A DNA stretch of 64,000 nucleotides, taken from assembly GCA_951406725.2 (NCBI GenBank), contig OX597815.1, positions 145,018,001-145,082,000 on the forward strand. The letters are read 5' to 3'. This DNA is from Octopus vulgaris (lineage: Eukaryota). The stretch's first letter is position 1; each line of letters opens with the position of its first letter. Under the pieces are notes generated by a model. The model ran no database searches. It saw only the letters and a program-made list of their open reading frames with translations, and was not told the DNA's origin. A program made the translations under genes and the position numbers. Below, piece by piece: positions 12,320 through 26,423 of this stretch.

Positions 12320-12320
<1 letters not shown>
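10386..12320 (+). mobile_element. 5'-truncated, decayed RTE-clade LINE (RT domain, PHD-like finger, C-terminus, UTR)
   Basis: RT motifs NYRGLKLL, QFGFVPG, AFVDMEKAFDRV, GVHQGSVLS, LLYADDL, FSYLG, WYGHV and RGRPRKTW, with several in-frame stops and frameshifts. 3' tail ...CAGCATGGAAAGCAGATGTTAAAC. Confidence 0.92.
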
Positions 12321-12355
<35 letters not shown>

Positions 12356-12872
12356 GCAAGGTGACAAAATAGTTAGCACATTGGACAAAGTACTGCCAAG
12401 TATTATGTCTGTCTTAATGTTCTCAGTTCAAATTCTACCAAGATTGACTTTGCCTTTCATCCTTTTGGGGCTGAAAAGGTAAGTACCAGTCATGCACAAG
12501 GGTTGATGTAATCGATCTAACCCCTTCTCCAAAACTGCTGGCCTTTTGCCAAAATTTGAAACCAATATTATTATTATTTTTATTATTAAGGTGGAGAAGC
12601 TGACAGAATCATTAGCATGCTGGGTAAAATGCTTAATGGAATTTTGTCCATTTTTACGTTCTGAGTTCGAATGTTGCCAAGGTTAATTTTGCCTTTCATT
12701 CTTTCAGGGTTGATTGAACAAGGACCAGTTGAGCCCTGGGATCAATGTAATCGACTACACCCAACCCCCAGCCCCTACCTCCGGAATTGCAGGCCTTGTG
12801 CCAAAATTTGTAATCCTTATCATTTAAGGCAGCAAAACAGGAATACTGAGACAATTTTGCCTTATTTTTCAG

Positions 12873-12978
12873 ATAATGAACCCTCATGGCTATCCGTCCC
12901 GTATGACTGTTGGCAAACTGATGGAACTGTTGGGTGGAAAAGCTGGAGTCTTAGATGGGAAATTTCATTATGGAACTG
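12873..12978 (+). CDS. POLR3B: POLR3B exon, [35 protein letters not shown]
   Basis: Acceptor ttatttttcAG (12871-12872), donor GTAAGG at 12979. 106 nt, ends in phase 1. Matches the RPC2 hybrid-binding region. Confidence 0.96.
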
Positions 12979-13289
12979 GTAAGGTTTGCTTCCTTTTGTC
13001 GGATGAAGTCTGTAATATTCTTTGCTTTCTTTTTACCACTTGTCCATTTTCTCTTCTTTTTGTTCCTTTCCTTCTTCACTTTCTTTTTCTGTAGCCATAC
13101 TGGGGGCACTACCTTGAAGAATTTTTAGTTGAATGTATTGATCCCAATACTTAAAACTGGGTACTTATTCTATCAGTTGCTTTTGTTGAACTACTAACTT
13201 GCAGGGATGTAAATACATCAACACTGGTTATTAAGCAATGGTGAGGAATGAATACAGACAAAAAGACACACACTCACAAATGCGTGTAT

Positions 13290-13880
13290 ATCATCATCAT
13301 CATCATCATCATTTAACATCTGCTTTCCAAGCTGGCATGGGTTGGACAGTTTGACTGGGGACTGGTAAACCAGGAAGTTGTACCAGGCTCCATTCTGATC
13401 TGGCAATGTTTCTACAGCTGGATGCTCTTCCTAATGCAAGCCACTCCAAAAGTGTAGTAGATGCTTTTTTACATGCCACTGGCATGGGGGCCAGTCAGAT
13501 GGCACTGGCGTTGACCATGTTCCTATGGTGCTTTTTATGTGGCACCAGCACAGGAGCCAGTCGGTGGGAACTGGCATCGACCATGTTCGGATGGTGCTTT
13601 TTACGTGCCACCAGCATGGGGAGCCAGTCAGGGGTTATTGGCATCAACCCACACTTGAATGGTGCTTATTACGTGCCACCAACACGAGTGCCAGTCAGGT
13701 GACACTGGCATTGGCCATGACTGATTTCGAGTTTGACTTCGATTTTACTTGACTCAATAGGTCTTCTCAGGCACAGCGTATCGCCCGACAATTCAAGGAT
13801 ACTTTTAAATGGGTTGGTTATGCCCTCACTGATATCGGCCACGGCTGTGATCTTACTTTACTTGCCAGCTCTTCTCAATC
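13290..13880 (-). mobile_element. RTE LINE 3'-UTR fragment with tandem units
   Basis: Same family as 2368-3170. Similar fragments at about 18370-18560 (+), 18738-18930, 20395-20890, 21120-21303 (+) and 32105-32385 (+). Confidence 0.75.
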
Positions 13881-14612
13881 AAAATTGTGTGTGTGTGTGT
13901 GTATATGTATGTATGTATGTATGTATATATATGAGGGCGCATGGCTTAGTGATTAAGGCATTTCACTCACGATCGCAAGGTCGTGAGTTCAATCTCCAGT
14001 GATGCATTGTGTCCTTGAGCAAGTCACTTTATTTCACCTTGCTCCAATCCACTCAGCTTGCAAAAATAGTTGTACCTGTATTTCAAAGGGCCGACCTTGT
14101 CACACTTTGTGTCACGCTGAATCTCGCTGAGAACTGCATTAAGGGTACATGTGTGTGTGTGGAGTATGCACCCACTTGCACGTTAATTTCATGAGCAAGC
14201 TGTTCCGTTGATTGTATCAGCTGATACCCTTGCCATCATAACCGAAGGAGCACACCTTTTAAGATACCACACACAAACACATTTAACAGGTTTCTTTAAG
14301 TTTCCGTCTACCAAATCCATCCTCAAGGCTTTGGTTGGTGCAAGCTTGAAAAAATGTCACTAGGTATTCTATCGAGTGTGCTAATGATGCTGCCCATCAC
14401 TGTTGAGGTCAATGATCTAAATGGTTAATTTCCAACCTTTGAGTTTTTTTCTCTTCTCTCACAGAGGGTGGAGGTTAGAGAGCAGAGAGTAAGGGAATTT
14501 CTCTGCATGTTCTTATCATTTTAGAATATTGTACTTTGTTCTAACCTTCCTATGAACTGTTGTGGCTTCATATAAACACATTCCACTTGGAATCTTTTTT
14601 TTATTATTGTAG

Positions 14613-14709
14613 CATTTGGTGGTGATAAAGTGGTGAACTTGTCTGAGGATCTCATCAGACATGGCTTCAATTACCTTGGAAAGGATTTTGTAACTTCAGG
14701 AATCACTGG
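14613..14709 (+). CDS. POLR3B: POLR3B exon, (A)[31 protein letters not shown](G); absent from the ORF track
   Basis: Acceptor tttttattattgtAG (14611-14612), donor GTAAGC at 14710. 97 nt, phase 1 to phase 2. Translation matches RPC2 AFGGxKVxDxxEDLxRHGYNYLGKDYVTSGITG. Confidence 0.95.
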
Positions 14710-17700
14710 GTAAGCGAGAGCAGCAGTTTTTTCTTTCTGTTTTATGTATTTGGATGTGTTTACATTCATTCATTATCGCCGTCATTATTTAACGTCCCTC
14801 TTCCATGCATGCATAGGGAGGACAGTTGACAGGAGCTGGCCTGGTAGAAAAACTACCCTAGGCTACTGTGTCTGTTTTGGCAGGGATTTTATGGCTGGAT
14901 GCCCTTCCTAACACCAACCACTCCGCAGAATGGACCCAGTGCTTTTTACATGGCACTAACACAGTTGAAGTTAGTTTTGGCAAGATTTTTACAGCTGGAT
15001 ACCCTTCCAGATGCCAACCATGTTATCATTATTATTATCATTTAATGTCCATTTTCCATACTGGCATGGGTTGGATGGTTTGACAGGAACTGGCCAGCCA
15101 GAGAGCTGCACCAGGTTCAAATTGTCTGTTTTATCATGTCTTCTATGGTTGGATGCCTTTCCTAATGACAACCACTTTACAAAGTGTATTGGATACTTTT
15201 TATGTGGCACCAGAACCTGGTAGCGGGGCTCTGAAAGAGTTCTCAAGGAGCAGCGTCCCTGCCTTCCTGAGCTAGTTTTCCACCACATTTCTTAAAAACC
15301 GTGTTAGAGGCCTTCATCTCAGGACCACTCGTCTAGAAACTGAGAAAATCCAGCTCCAAAAAAGCTTCATGATAGCAAAGGGGAATGGGCACCAGCCAGC
15401 CAGCCCAAAGGTTGGGTTGGGCTTCACCTGCCTACCTCAGTTGCTATGGCATTGAGGTAGATCCGGCCACCACCATTAACAGGTACAAAACCCAGATTTA
15501 AAACACTAGATGATGATGATGATGATGACCAGTACCAATGCTTTTTACGTGGCACCAACATGCATGCTTCTTACACTGCTGCATTTTACATGGCACTAGC
15601 ACCCGTGTGCTCCCAAGACAAGGACTTCTCAGCTGAGACGGGGAATGGAACCTAGAGATTAGAGTATGACAGAGGGACAGAGGTAGACCCCCTCTTACTA
15701 TTGAAGAGATATTTGGCTACTTCAGTAGGACAAGGAAGGAGAGAGAAATGGGAGAGGGCTAAAGAGAGAGAAAGAGAATCAGAGTGAAAGAGAGAGGACC
15801 TGCCCACAGGAAACACTAGGGTGGAGTCCAAGTAGGAGAGGGTATAGTGGGATGTGCTGTAAGAGTATGAGGGGAGATGTTTAGAGACAGTAGAAACAGC
15901 TAGTGATGTTGAGAAGAATCAGATTGGCTGAGAGGAGGGGGTATGGTAGATATGTGAGGGCATGGGGAAGTGTGCAGGTAAGTTTGTGTGGGGATGTGGA
16001 GAGGACCTGTCATGGCTGGTGTGTGTGTGGGAGAGATGGGTTGTGAGGGAGTTTGATACAAGACATAATTGTGTGAGAGTGGGGGTGTATTGTTGTCCCC
16101 ATCAATTTAACATCCACTTTCCTGTGGTTGGATGGAATTTAAGGCAGATTTTCTGCAGCTGGATGCTCTTCCTAAGTTCCTATTCTACAAAGGTCGACTT
16201 AGCCTTTCATCCTCTTAGAGATTGATAAAATAAGTACCAGTTGAGTACTGGGGTCGATCTTATCGACTGGCCCCCTCCCCTGAACTTGCTGGCCTTGTAC
16301 CAAAATTTAAAATTATTATTATTTCTATTTGTTGCAAGAGGCAGCTTAAAAGATTGATATTGAAAAGGACGTACTGCATCCAGCTGTGAAGCCCACTCAA
16401 AATGTCCTGTCCATTCTCTCCCAGTATAGAAAAACGGATGTAAAATGGAGGACGCTGTTGTGAGCCAATTATATTTACATAATAAAACGAGGTGTTTGGG
16501 AATTAGACTATGTGACATGGTGTCTTTGAGGGCGAATAAATAATAATGTCTGATTTTTTGTTAATTTAGTGTAAGCCGATAGTGCTGCTACATGTGTCTT
16601 TGTATTGGTTTGGTATAGAACTTGGCTCACATCAATGTTCTCAGATTGCAAACTGGCAGTGTCTTGCTGCAGAGTTTGTAATCTTTCGCTGTATTCTAGC
16701 ACATATTACTTGCTGTAATTAATATCCAGTTTTTACTTGCAATTCACCATCTGGAGACCAACCCATGGGAGGGTGAACTTAGGACATAGATGGGATATGA
16801 CGAAAAGAGAGTATAGGTAGCACGATTCATCATTGTGTCTGATGTTTGTGCAAGTTGTAGTCAATGGATGGTGGTGGTGGTGATGAGGATGAAGGGTGTA
16901 GTTACTAATATTATTATTATTCTGGCCTTGAGCCAAAATTTGAAACTATTATTATTATTATTATTAATAATAATGATGATAATAATCTGGCAAGCTGGCA
17001 GAATTGCTAGCATGGTGGACAACATGCTTAGCAGTATTTCATCTATCTTCATGTTCTAAGTTCAAATTCTGCTGAGATCAACTTTCAGGGTCGATGAATT
17101 AAGTACCAGTGAAACACTGGGGTCGATGTAATCGACTTAATCTCCTCCCACAAGCGGCCCTTGTGGAAAAAATTTGAAATCATCATCATCATCATCATCA
17201 TTATTATTATTATTAAGGCAGTGACCTGGCAGAATTGTTAGCGTGCTGGACAAAATGCTTAAAGGTATTTTGCCTGTTGCTATATTCTGAGTTCAAATTC
17301 TACCGAGGTCAGCTTTGCCTTTCGTCCTTTCGGGGTTGATAAAATAAGTACCAGTGGAACTCTGGGGTCAATGTAATTGACTAGTCCCCTCCCTCACAAT
17401 TTCAGGCCTTGTGCCTTCAATAGAAAGGATTATTATTATTATTATTATTAAAGTAATGATCTGGTAGAATCATTAGCACCCTGGACATAATGCTTAACAG
17501 TATTTTGTCTGTCTTAACGTTCTGAGTTGAAATTCCGCCAAGGTTGACTTTGCCTTTCATCCTGGTATTTTCTGATTTTCTCCTTTTCTTTCACTGTTAC
17601 ATTCATGTCTGCAGAGACAGCCACATCTATGATGCTGCACTCTTTTCTCCCCTTGTTCAGAACAACAACACTATCTGGTCACCTTGCATGAAGTTTGTGA

Positions 17701-20700
17701 TCAGTCTGTATATTATTATTATTATTCAAACTCCAAAAAATTCCTCTCAGCTCATGGCTATGATGCTCCCCTACTACTTCTGCTCATGACCAGGGGTGCA
17801 CATATTGTCAGCCACTAAGTGTCATACTCAACTGGTTAAAGTCAACCAACTGACAAGCAAGTCTGTGGCATTGAGCAGAATATTTGCTGTAGCCCATCTT
17901 TTATACCAAGACAAAACAATGTACATGATAGCACTTTCAATCAGTTAAGATTAGAGCCACTGCCTGGTACTGCATCAGGGCATTTTATTATTATTATTAT
18001 TGTTATTGTTATTATTATTATAATAATAATAATAATAATAATAATACTAATCATCATCATCATCATCATGTGAGAGAGCAGTGCATGCCATGCCATCAAA
18101 GTAAGACTGGGGTACGAAAATATGAAGCCTAATATACCCATCCTGACTACCTGTCTGATAAGGGTATACCAGGCACATGCATCACAACCGTATGTGAGCA
18201 ATATGGTGATCGCATATCAAGATAAACAGTGCATGACCTTGCAGGTGGGGCCCAGCTAGAATTTTCTTCAGGTTGAGTAGCCCATTATTATTATTTACTT
18301 CCAAAATGTTGCTATCAGTTCATTCATCGTTGCTATAACTATTATAAATAGCACCATCTGAATGTGGAAGTGCCAGTACCACCATGCTGGCACCCACTAC
18401 ACTTGGAGTGGTTGGTGTTAGGAAGGGCATCTAGCTGTAGAAACCTTGCCAGATCAGATTGGAACCTGGTGAAGCCCACTGGCTCTCCAGACTTCAGTCA
18501 AACCGTCCAACCCATGCCAGCATGGAAAGCGGATGTTAAACGATGAGGATGATGATGATGAATTTGATATGTTTGCAAGTGTTAAAGAATTGAAGAAATA
18601 AAAAGAAACAAACCAGAATCACCTCCTCCAGAGAATCATTAACATTATATTGAATTACTTTGAAGAACTAATGCCGTTGGTTTAGTTTACAAATGTAAAA
18701 GAGTGTTAAGAGTGTAAAAATAACGAGGCTTTGGGATCATCATCATCGTTTTCCATACTGGTATGGGTTGGACGGTTTGACTGAGGACTGGAGAGCTGGC
18801 GGCTGCACCAAGCTCCAATCTGATCTGGCAAGGTTTCTACTGTTGGATGCCCTTCACAACGCCAACCACTCTGAGAGTGTAGTGGGTGCTTTTTACGTGC
18901 CACTGGTACAGGAGCCAGTCAGGCGGGCCTGGCTGGGAATTCAGCTAAACTCTTTTGAGACAACAAATTGGTATAGATGTTCTTGTTGGTCGTCATTAGG
19001 CATAGCTAAGCGTCATCATCATCGTCATTTTAATGTCCACTTTTCTATGTTTGCATAGGTCAGAAGGAATTTGTTGAGGCAGATTTTCGATGGTCTGATG
19101 CCAATGCCCCTCTTCTTTCTCTGCCCTGTAGCCAACCGTCCTCAGTTTCCAAGAAAAGTAATATTTCCTTATGACCAGACAAGTTTTCATGGAAGATTGG
19201 AAACGAGCACCATTGATTGCATGATGGTGATGCTTGTTTATAATTATCTCTTGATGATTTTAATTACAAGGAGACACACAAGTGCACAAACCCACACACA
19301 CATTGAGCCATCAATGTATTGTATTGTACATAATGTATATACATTGTTGAAAGGTAATTTACTGTGGTATTTGTCCAGAGATAACGTTGTTTTGCATGTG
19401 CTGTGTTTAAATCACAAATACATCAGGGAGATGAAAATTGTTCTAGCAGCTTAATAATGACAGTTATTGTACTAAATTCTTCATTATCTTGAAAAGCTAA
19501 TTTGAACACTGGAAGAGTATTCCTACAGAAATATTCTAAGAAAAGGGTTATAATGGTCTAAATTAAAATCTTCCATCAAAATTATATGTTCATTTATGTT
19601 CCAAAAACCTCATAAATATTGATAAAATGATTTCACTAAATTCTTTATCATTTTCAAAAATGAATTGAAACAAAGGCAGTATATTTCAACTGAAATTTGG
19701 TAAAAGATGTGAATTGAGGAAGAATTGGCCACTATTTCTTGTAGGTCAGGCAACCACATACAAGCTATCTCTTTCTCTCTCTCTTTCACAATGTATCAAG
19801 GATTGTATTAATCACCATAATTTCAAACCTGATTCAACTGTAGTTAAAATGTCTTCACCAGTTGTTGTTATTCTCCTGTCCCACCTCTACACCCTGCTTC
19901 TCTTCTGTTTCGCTTCCCTCTTCTCCCAGCTTCTAAACCCTTCAACAATTCCTTCAAGTGCTGAACTTGTTTCTCACTGTGCCTCAACCTTCGTCCCTAC
20001 CAACCCCCTCTACCCATTTCTGCTATTTCCCCCCTCTCTCTCATCTCTTGTTTGACTGCTTTCTTAGTGCACACTTATTGTTACATCAGCAAATGGTGGC
20101 AGCTTAGTAGGATACTGTGTGTATATGAGAGTGTGTGTACACACACACACATGTATAGACATACAGGACTCCCCCACCCCACATAACTCAGTGATTTATT
20201 TGTCTCTCTCTTACATTTTAACAGCCACATATTTAATGTAAAGTATACTTATCATTTTTGATGGCAAAATATTGTCCTAGAAAATATTCTTTTCTACTCT
20301 AGACCCTAATATCATTTAGAAGAATTTCAAGAAATTCAGAGTATTAAACAACAAAAATACGGATAAATTTTCTCTATCCATTGTTTATATATATTATCAT
20401 CATCATCATTATCATCATCATCATCATCATCATCATCGTTTAATGTCTGCTTTCCATTATCGCATGGGTTAGATGGTTTGACTGAGGGCTGGCGAGCCAG
20501 AATGCTGTACCAGTCTCCAATTTGATCTGGCAAAGTTTCTACAGCTGGATGCTCTTCCTAATGCCAACCACTCTGAGAGTGTAGTGGTTTTATGTGCCAC
20601 CGGCACGAGGGCCAGTGAGGCAGTTCTGGCATTGGCCACACTCAAATGGTGCTTTTTACATGCCACCTGCTCAGGAGCCAGTCCAGCAGCACTGGCAACG

Positions 20701-22295
20701 ATCACGCTCGAATGGTGCTTTTAACGTTCCACTGGCACGGGTGCCAATCAAGCAGTACTGTCATTGGCCATGACAGCGATTTCACTTACATTCAACAGGT
20801 CTTCACAAGTATAGTTTATTGTCCAATGATTAAAGGATACTCTTAAATGGGCTGGTTATACAGCGCTGGCATAGGCCACGGTTATGGTCTATATATATAT
20901 ATATATATAGTGCACTTGTGCTAGTGCTGCATAAATGCACTGTGCTGGTGATATGTAAAAGAAGCACCCAGCACTCTCTGTAAAGTGGTTTATGTTAGGA
21001 AGGGCATCCAGCCATAGAAACCATACCACAGCAGACAATCGGAGTTTGGACAGCTACCTGACTGGACTGCTCCTGTCAAACTGTCTAACTAATGCTAGCA
21101 TGAAAAACAGATGTTAACGATGGCACGTAAAAAGCACCCACTACACTCTCCAAGTGGTTGGCGTTAGGAAGGGCATCCAGCTGTAGAAACCTTGTCTGAT
21201 CAGATTAGAGCCTGGTGTGGCCGTTGGCTCTCCAGACCTTAGTCAAACAGTCCAACCCATGCCAGCATGGAAAATGAACATTAAAGGATGATGATGATGA
21301 TGATATACTGCGAAAGAGAGAGAGAGAGAGAGGGTGGGAGGTGTGTTTCTATGTGTTTGTTTAAATCCTTGCTTCTCTATAAATAACATTGTTAGAATCA
21401 GTGATGGTGTTGTCATTCCTTTTGTCACTTTGCACATTTGAAGATTTGTGAAATAAAAGATCCTTTACTTGAGAAATAGGTAATGTAAGGGTTAGTGACA
21501 GGAACAGCATCAGGCTATAAAACAGTGCCTACACACCATATTCATCTAACCCATACTGGCATGGAAAAATGGATGTAAAAACAACAATTATATTATTTAT
21601 TATATGTCATGTATCATATATCATGTATTTTATGAATTATGTCATTATATATCTAAATATTATGTATCATCTATATTGTATTTCATATATATATCATATA
21701 TCACCATTTATTTTTTCTTTACAATCTGTCAGCTTGAGTGAGTTTTACAGGGTTTTGCCACTCACTTTGGTTCTTCATTATCTGCCACTCACTATGCAGA
21801 CACAGACACAAATACACACACAAATACAAACATGCACACACACACACAAAACTATACTCACCCTGACCTATCTACACACCTCATTCCCTCAGGCCCCTTC
21901 ATAGACCACCCCTTCCACAAGCACAAATTTACCATAATCACCCCATACCAAATACAGACATATTCTTTTCTACGCTAAGCACAAGGTCTAAAACTTTTTT
22001 TGGTGGGGGGGGGGGGAACCAGTCGATTAGATTGACCCCAGTATGCAACTGGTACTTAATTTATCAACCCCGAAAGGATGAAAGGCAAAGTCGACCTCAG
22101 TGGAATTTGACCTCAGAACGTAGCAGCAGACGAAATACCGCTAAGCATTTCACCCGGCATTTCTGCCAGCTTGACGCCTTCAAACACAGTCTTATACACA
22201 CAACTCTCCCCACTTTTCATATATCTTGGTCATCCATCAATATGTGTGTGTGAATGTATTTTAAATTTCAAATTTTCTTCTTTTTCTTCTTCTAG

Positions 22296-22493
22296 CGAAG
22301 CCATGTCTGCTTACATCTACTTTGGGCCAATTTACTATCAAAAGCTAAAGCATATGGTCCTGGACAAAATGCATGCCCGTGCGAAGGGGCCCCGTGCAGT
22401 GTTAACCCGACAACCAACAGAGGGACGATCAAGAGAAGGAGGCCTTCGATTGGGTGAAATGGAGAGAGATTGTTTGATTGGTTATGGTGCTAG
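22296..22493 (+). CDS. POLR3B: POLR3B exon, [65 protein letters not shown]
   Basis: Acceptor tttttcttcttctAG (22294-22295), donor GTATGT at 22494. 198 nt, phase 2 to phase 2. [21 protein letters not shown] and [17 protein letters not shown] are Pol III-type variants of the second-largest-subunit motifs. Confidence 0.97.
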
Positions 22494-22689
22494 GTATGTC
22501 ACTCATGATTATTAACAAAGGCCATTGTGAATGAAAATGATTTCTTAAAGTCATCAGTAATTAATTCTATTTTAATTGTGTTAATTGTTATCTGTAGTAA
22601 ATAACTTGCAGACGGTCTGCTTTAACTGATATTTTCAGCCTTTCATTATACTTCTATGAATATTATATATATATATGTGTGTGTGGGTG

Positions 22690-22821
22690 TATGTGTATAT
22701 ATATATCACTATCACGTGACCGACCAGACCATCAGATGTTGTTACACATCACTGGTCACAATGCGTTCGCATTGTTTTAGCCTTCGAATGACGCCACCCC
22801 GCTGGCTAAGCGAGCAGGCCA

Positions 22822-22822
<1 letters not shown>
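22690..22822. repeat. Short interspersed repeat inside (TA)n
   Basis: Second diverged copy at about 49740-49842, also in a microsatellite context. Contains the hairpin ACAATGCG-TT-CGCATTGT. Confidence 0.55.
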
Positions 22823-22869
<47 letters not shown>

Positions 22870-23679
22870 GTTTATATTGTTGCTATTATGTTAAACTGTC
22901 GTATCTCCAAATTTGGCCAAATGAATTTTTTGCAATATTTATTATTGCTTGCAATAGCCAGTTCTTTTGGTCAAACTATCATATCTCCAGCTGCTTCAGA
23001 TGCCAAGATATCAAAAATTGTCAAAGTGTAGTACGATGGTTTTGCTATGGAATGGCAAAGCTATTTTTTCGTTTTCTGAAAAAGCAATGTTTTAGACTTA
23101 TGACACTTTTGCATAATTGCAATGATATATATATATATATAATATAAAATGGGACAAGAATGCAAAACATCTGGACAGTTAGGTGATACAAAAAATGGGA
23201 CAACAAAACATCCAGATCGATGATACAGAGAAAACAAGGGCGGGTCATTTGAAGTTTTCTTTTCTCAGTGAAGTACCAGATTATCTTCACAATTTTGGCT
23301 GATTATACTTGAGATTGCTCCAATCTGGCCAGCCCCAAAGGAAAAACTAAGCTAAGAGCATTAGATTCCTTGGAAGAAAGCAGCGAATGTATACAAAAAC
23401 AAGGACGGGAAAAAACAGACAATGTTACACAAATAAAATAAAAATATCAGGACATAACAACAGGTGTCTTTCGACTAAGGACAAATTATATTAAGCTGGC
23501 ATGTGTGGTAATGGAGCCTTACAGCAGGGATACAAGATTTCACGAACACAAGGAGGAATATTGATGTTGCACGGACAACGGTCAGACCAAGAAAGAAAGA
23601 ATAGGCTTGGCCGAACGCCGTTCATGTGGGAAGAGAAGAGAGAGAAGTATATATATATATATGCATGAATATAGGCATG

Positions 23680-23745
<66 letters not shown>

Positions 23746-24234
23746 TGTATGTATGTATGATGATGTGGTGTGTGTGTATTTATACATAATGTATGTGCAT
23801 TTTTATGTTTGTATTTGTCCTCCCAACCACTTGGTAACCGGTGTTGCTTTGTTTATAGCCCACATAACTTAGCTGTTTGCCAAAGGAGATTAATTGAATA
23901 AGTACCTGACTTCAAAAAAGCAAGTGCTGGAGTTGGTTTTGTCAACTAAATACTTCAAGGCAGTGCCCCAGCATGGTCACAGTTCATTGACTGAAGCAAG
24001 TTAAAAGATATATTACTCTTTACACTTTACTTGTTTTAGTCATTTGACTGTGGCCATGCTGGAGCACCGCCTTTAGTCAAGCAAATCGACTCCAGGACTT
24101 ATTCTTTGTAAGCCTAGTACTTATTCTATCAGTCTCTTTGCTGAACTGCTAAGTTACGGGGACGTAAACACACCGGCATCGGTTATCAAGCGATGTTGGC
24201 AGGAAGGGGGGCAAACACAGACACACAAACATAT

Positions 24235-24272
<38 letters not shown>

Positions 24273-24949
24273 CCTGTGCTAGCACGGAAAACAGACGTTA
24301 AACGATGATGATGATGATGATATATATACGACGGGCTTCTTTCAGTTTCCGTCTACCAAATCCACTCACAAGGCTTTGGTCGGCCTGAAGCTATAGTAGA
24401 AGACACTTGCCCAAAGTGCCACACCGTGGGACTGAACCTGGAACCATGTGGTTGGGGAGCAAGCTTCTTACCACATAGTCACAACTGTTTCAGTCAGTAG
24501 ACTGTGGCCATGCTGGGGCACCACTTTGAATAAATTTTAGTCAATTGAATCGACTCCAGGACTTTTTTTAAAGCCTGTTTTCATTTTAATTAGTTTCTGT
24601 TGCATGGGTTGTCAGGTGGTGGTGAAGGACAAACACAGATACAAAGAGGCATAGACAGACAGACACACCGACACACATACATATGATGAGCTTCTTTTAG
24701 TTTCTATCTACCAAATCCACTCACAATGCTTTGGTCGGTTCAAAGCTATAGTAGAAGACACTTGCCCAAGGTGCTGTGCAGTGGGATTGAATCTGGAACC
24801 ATGTGGTTGGGGAGTAAGCTTCTTATCACATAACCACCTCTGCGCCTATATATATATATATATATAATTTCATCTTATGTTGAAAGTCAAGAAATAAAGT
24901 TTGCTTTAGAAGTGTTGAGATGTATTGAAAAATACTAACAAGGAAATAA

Positions 24950-25122
24950 TTTTATTCTCAAATGCCGGATAATGCCAATAATATAACAACATGAACAGGA
25001 TAAACTATCCATATTTTTCCAGAAAAAAATTTCTATGGCTGCCGACAGATTTTTCTGCAAAATATGGATAGCTTATCCTGTTCATGTTGTTATATTAGCA
25101 TTATCCTGCATTTGAGAAAAAA
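24950..25122. repeat. Long inverted repeat (~70-bp arms) in a POLR3B intron; MITE-like hairpin
   Basis: TTCTCAAATGCCGGATAATGC..ATAACAACATGAACAGGATAAACTATCCATATTTT pairs with AAAATATGGATAGCTTATCCTGTTCATGTTGTTAT..GCATTATCCTGCATTTGAGAA. Confidence 0.85.
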
Positions 25123-25136
25123 ATCATTATCTGTAC

Positions 25137-25235
<99 letters not shown>

Positions 25236-25322
25236 TGTGTGCTTCTGTGTATATACGCAAACATATTCCTGTTCTCATACATATGAATGTAAATATATAC
25301 TCCACAAATATGTGTGTGTGTT

Positions 25323-25367
<45 letters not shown>

Positions 25368-25521
25368 ATACATATACGTGCTTCGTTATACATACAACTA
25401 CATATATATGCTTACGTTCCTATATTGATTATCTGATTTCATTGATATTTCGATCCTTATTTTTGCAGATTCTTTGATACAATATCTCCCTAATTTACCA
25501 ATTTCTCATTCTATTCCCTAG

Positions 25522-25611
25522 CATGCTTCTTCTCGAAAGACTCATGATCTCCAGTGATGCCTTTCATGTGGACATTTGCGGAAACTGTGGTCTCATAGGA
25601 TATTCTGGATG
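25522..25611 (+). CDS. POLR3B: POLR3B exon, (S)[29 protein letters not shown](W); first half of the clamp zinc site
   Basis: Acceptor ctattccctAG (25520-25521), donor GTATGT at 25612. 90 nt, phase 2 to phase 2. Contains CxxC. Confidence 0.96.
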
Positions 25612-26423
25612 GTATGTTTCCTCAATTCCTCACATCTATGCCATTCCATTGTCTTTGAGTTATCGTCACTTAATAGTTCTATAGACTTTGTACTTTTGTT
25701 ATTGGTTCACAGCTGTGTCCCTGGAGGCAGACACACAGACAGACATTAATCCAACTCACTGAAAATGGATACAACGTTACACCCAGTCCACAAGCTGTTC
25801 TCAGATTTTGCTGTTTCTGGTTCATAATACACTCTGAGAATTTAAATAATTTTATTACTTTCCGTTTGTCAGAATCGCTTAAAACATGGCAGTTAAGGTT
25901 AAAATACATGTTAATAATGTGTTGTTCTGGTTGTTGTTATTGCTAATGCAGTGAGTTGGCAAGTTTGTTTGCACTTTGGGGGAGGGCAAAATGCTTAGCG
26001 GCATCTTTCTGCCACTTAGCAATCTGGGCTCAAATTCTGCCACGGTTAGCTTTTTTTTTTTTTCATCCTTTTGGGGTTGATAAAATAAGTACTAGCTGAA
26101 CACTGGGTTTGATGTAATTGCCTTAGCCCCTCCCTTAAAATCGCTGACCCTGCGTCAAAATTTGAAACTGCTTTTGTTGTTAGAATTGTGAGTTGGCAGA
26201 ATTGACAGCGTGTCAGGCAAAACGCTTAGTGGCATTCTTCTGGCATTTTATGTTCTGAGTTCAAATGCCACCGAAATCAGATTTGGCTTTCATCCTTTCA
26301 GGGCTAATAGAATAAATGCCTGTCAAATATTGACTTTTGTCTGTACAAGTATTTCTGTCTGTCTGTCTGTCCATCCATTCATTCATCAATACCCATCCAT
26401 CTATCACATAGTCAAATATTGGT

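Noticed and set aside
22296-22493. POLR2B or bacterial rpoB assignment
   Set aside because: Diagnostic residues ([45 protein letters not shown]) fit Pol III RPC2, and spliceosomal introns are present.
23140-23640. Possible third Penelope-like fragment with a hammerhead
   Set aside because: It lies between (TA)n runs like the others, but no intact CUGANGA/GAAA core can be read, so it is left unassigned.
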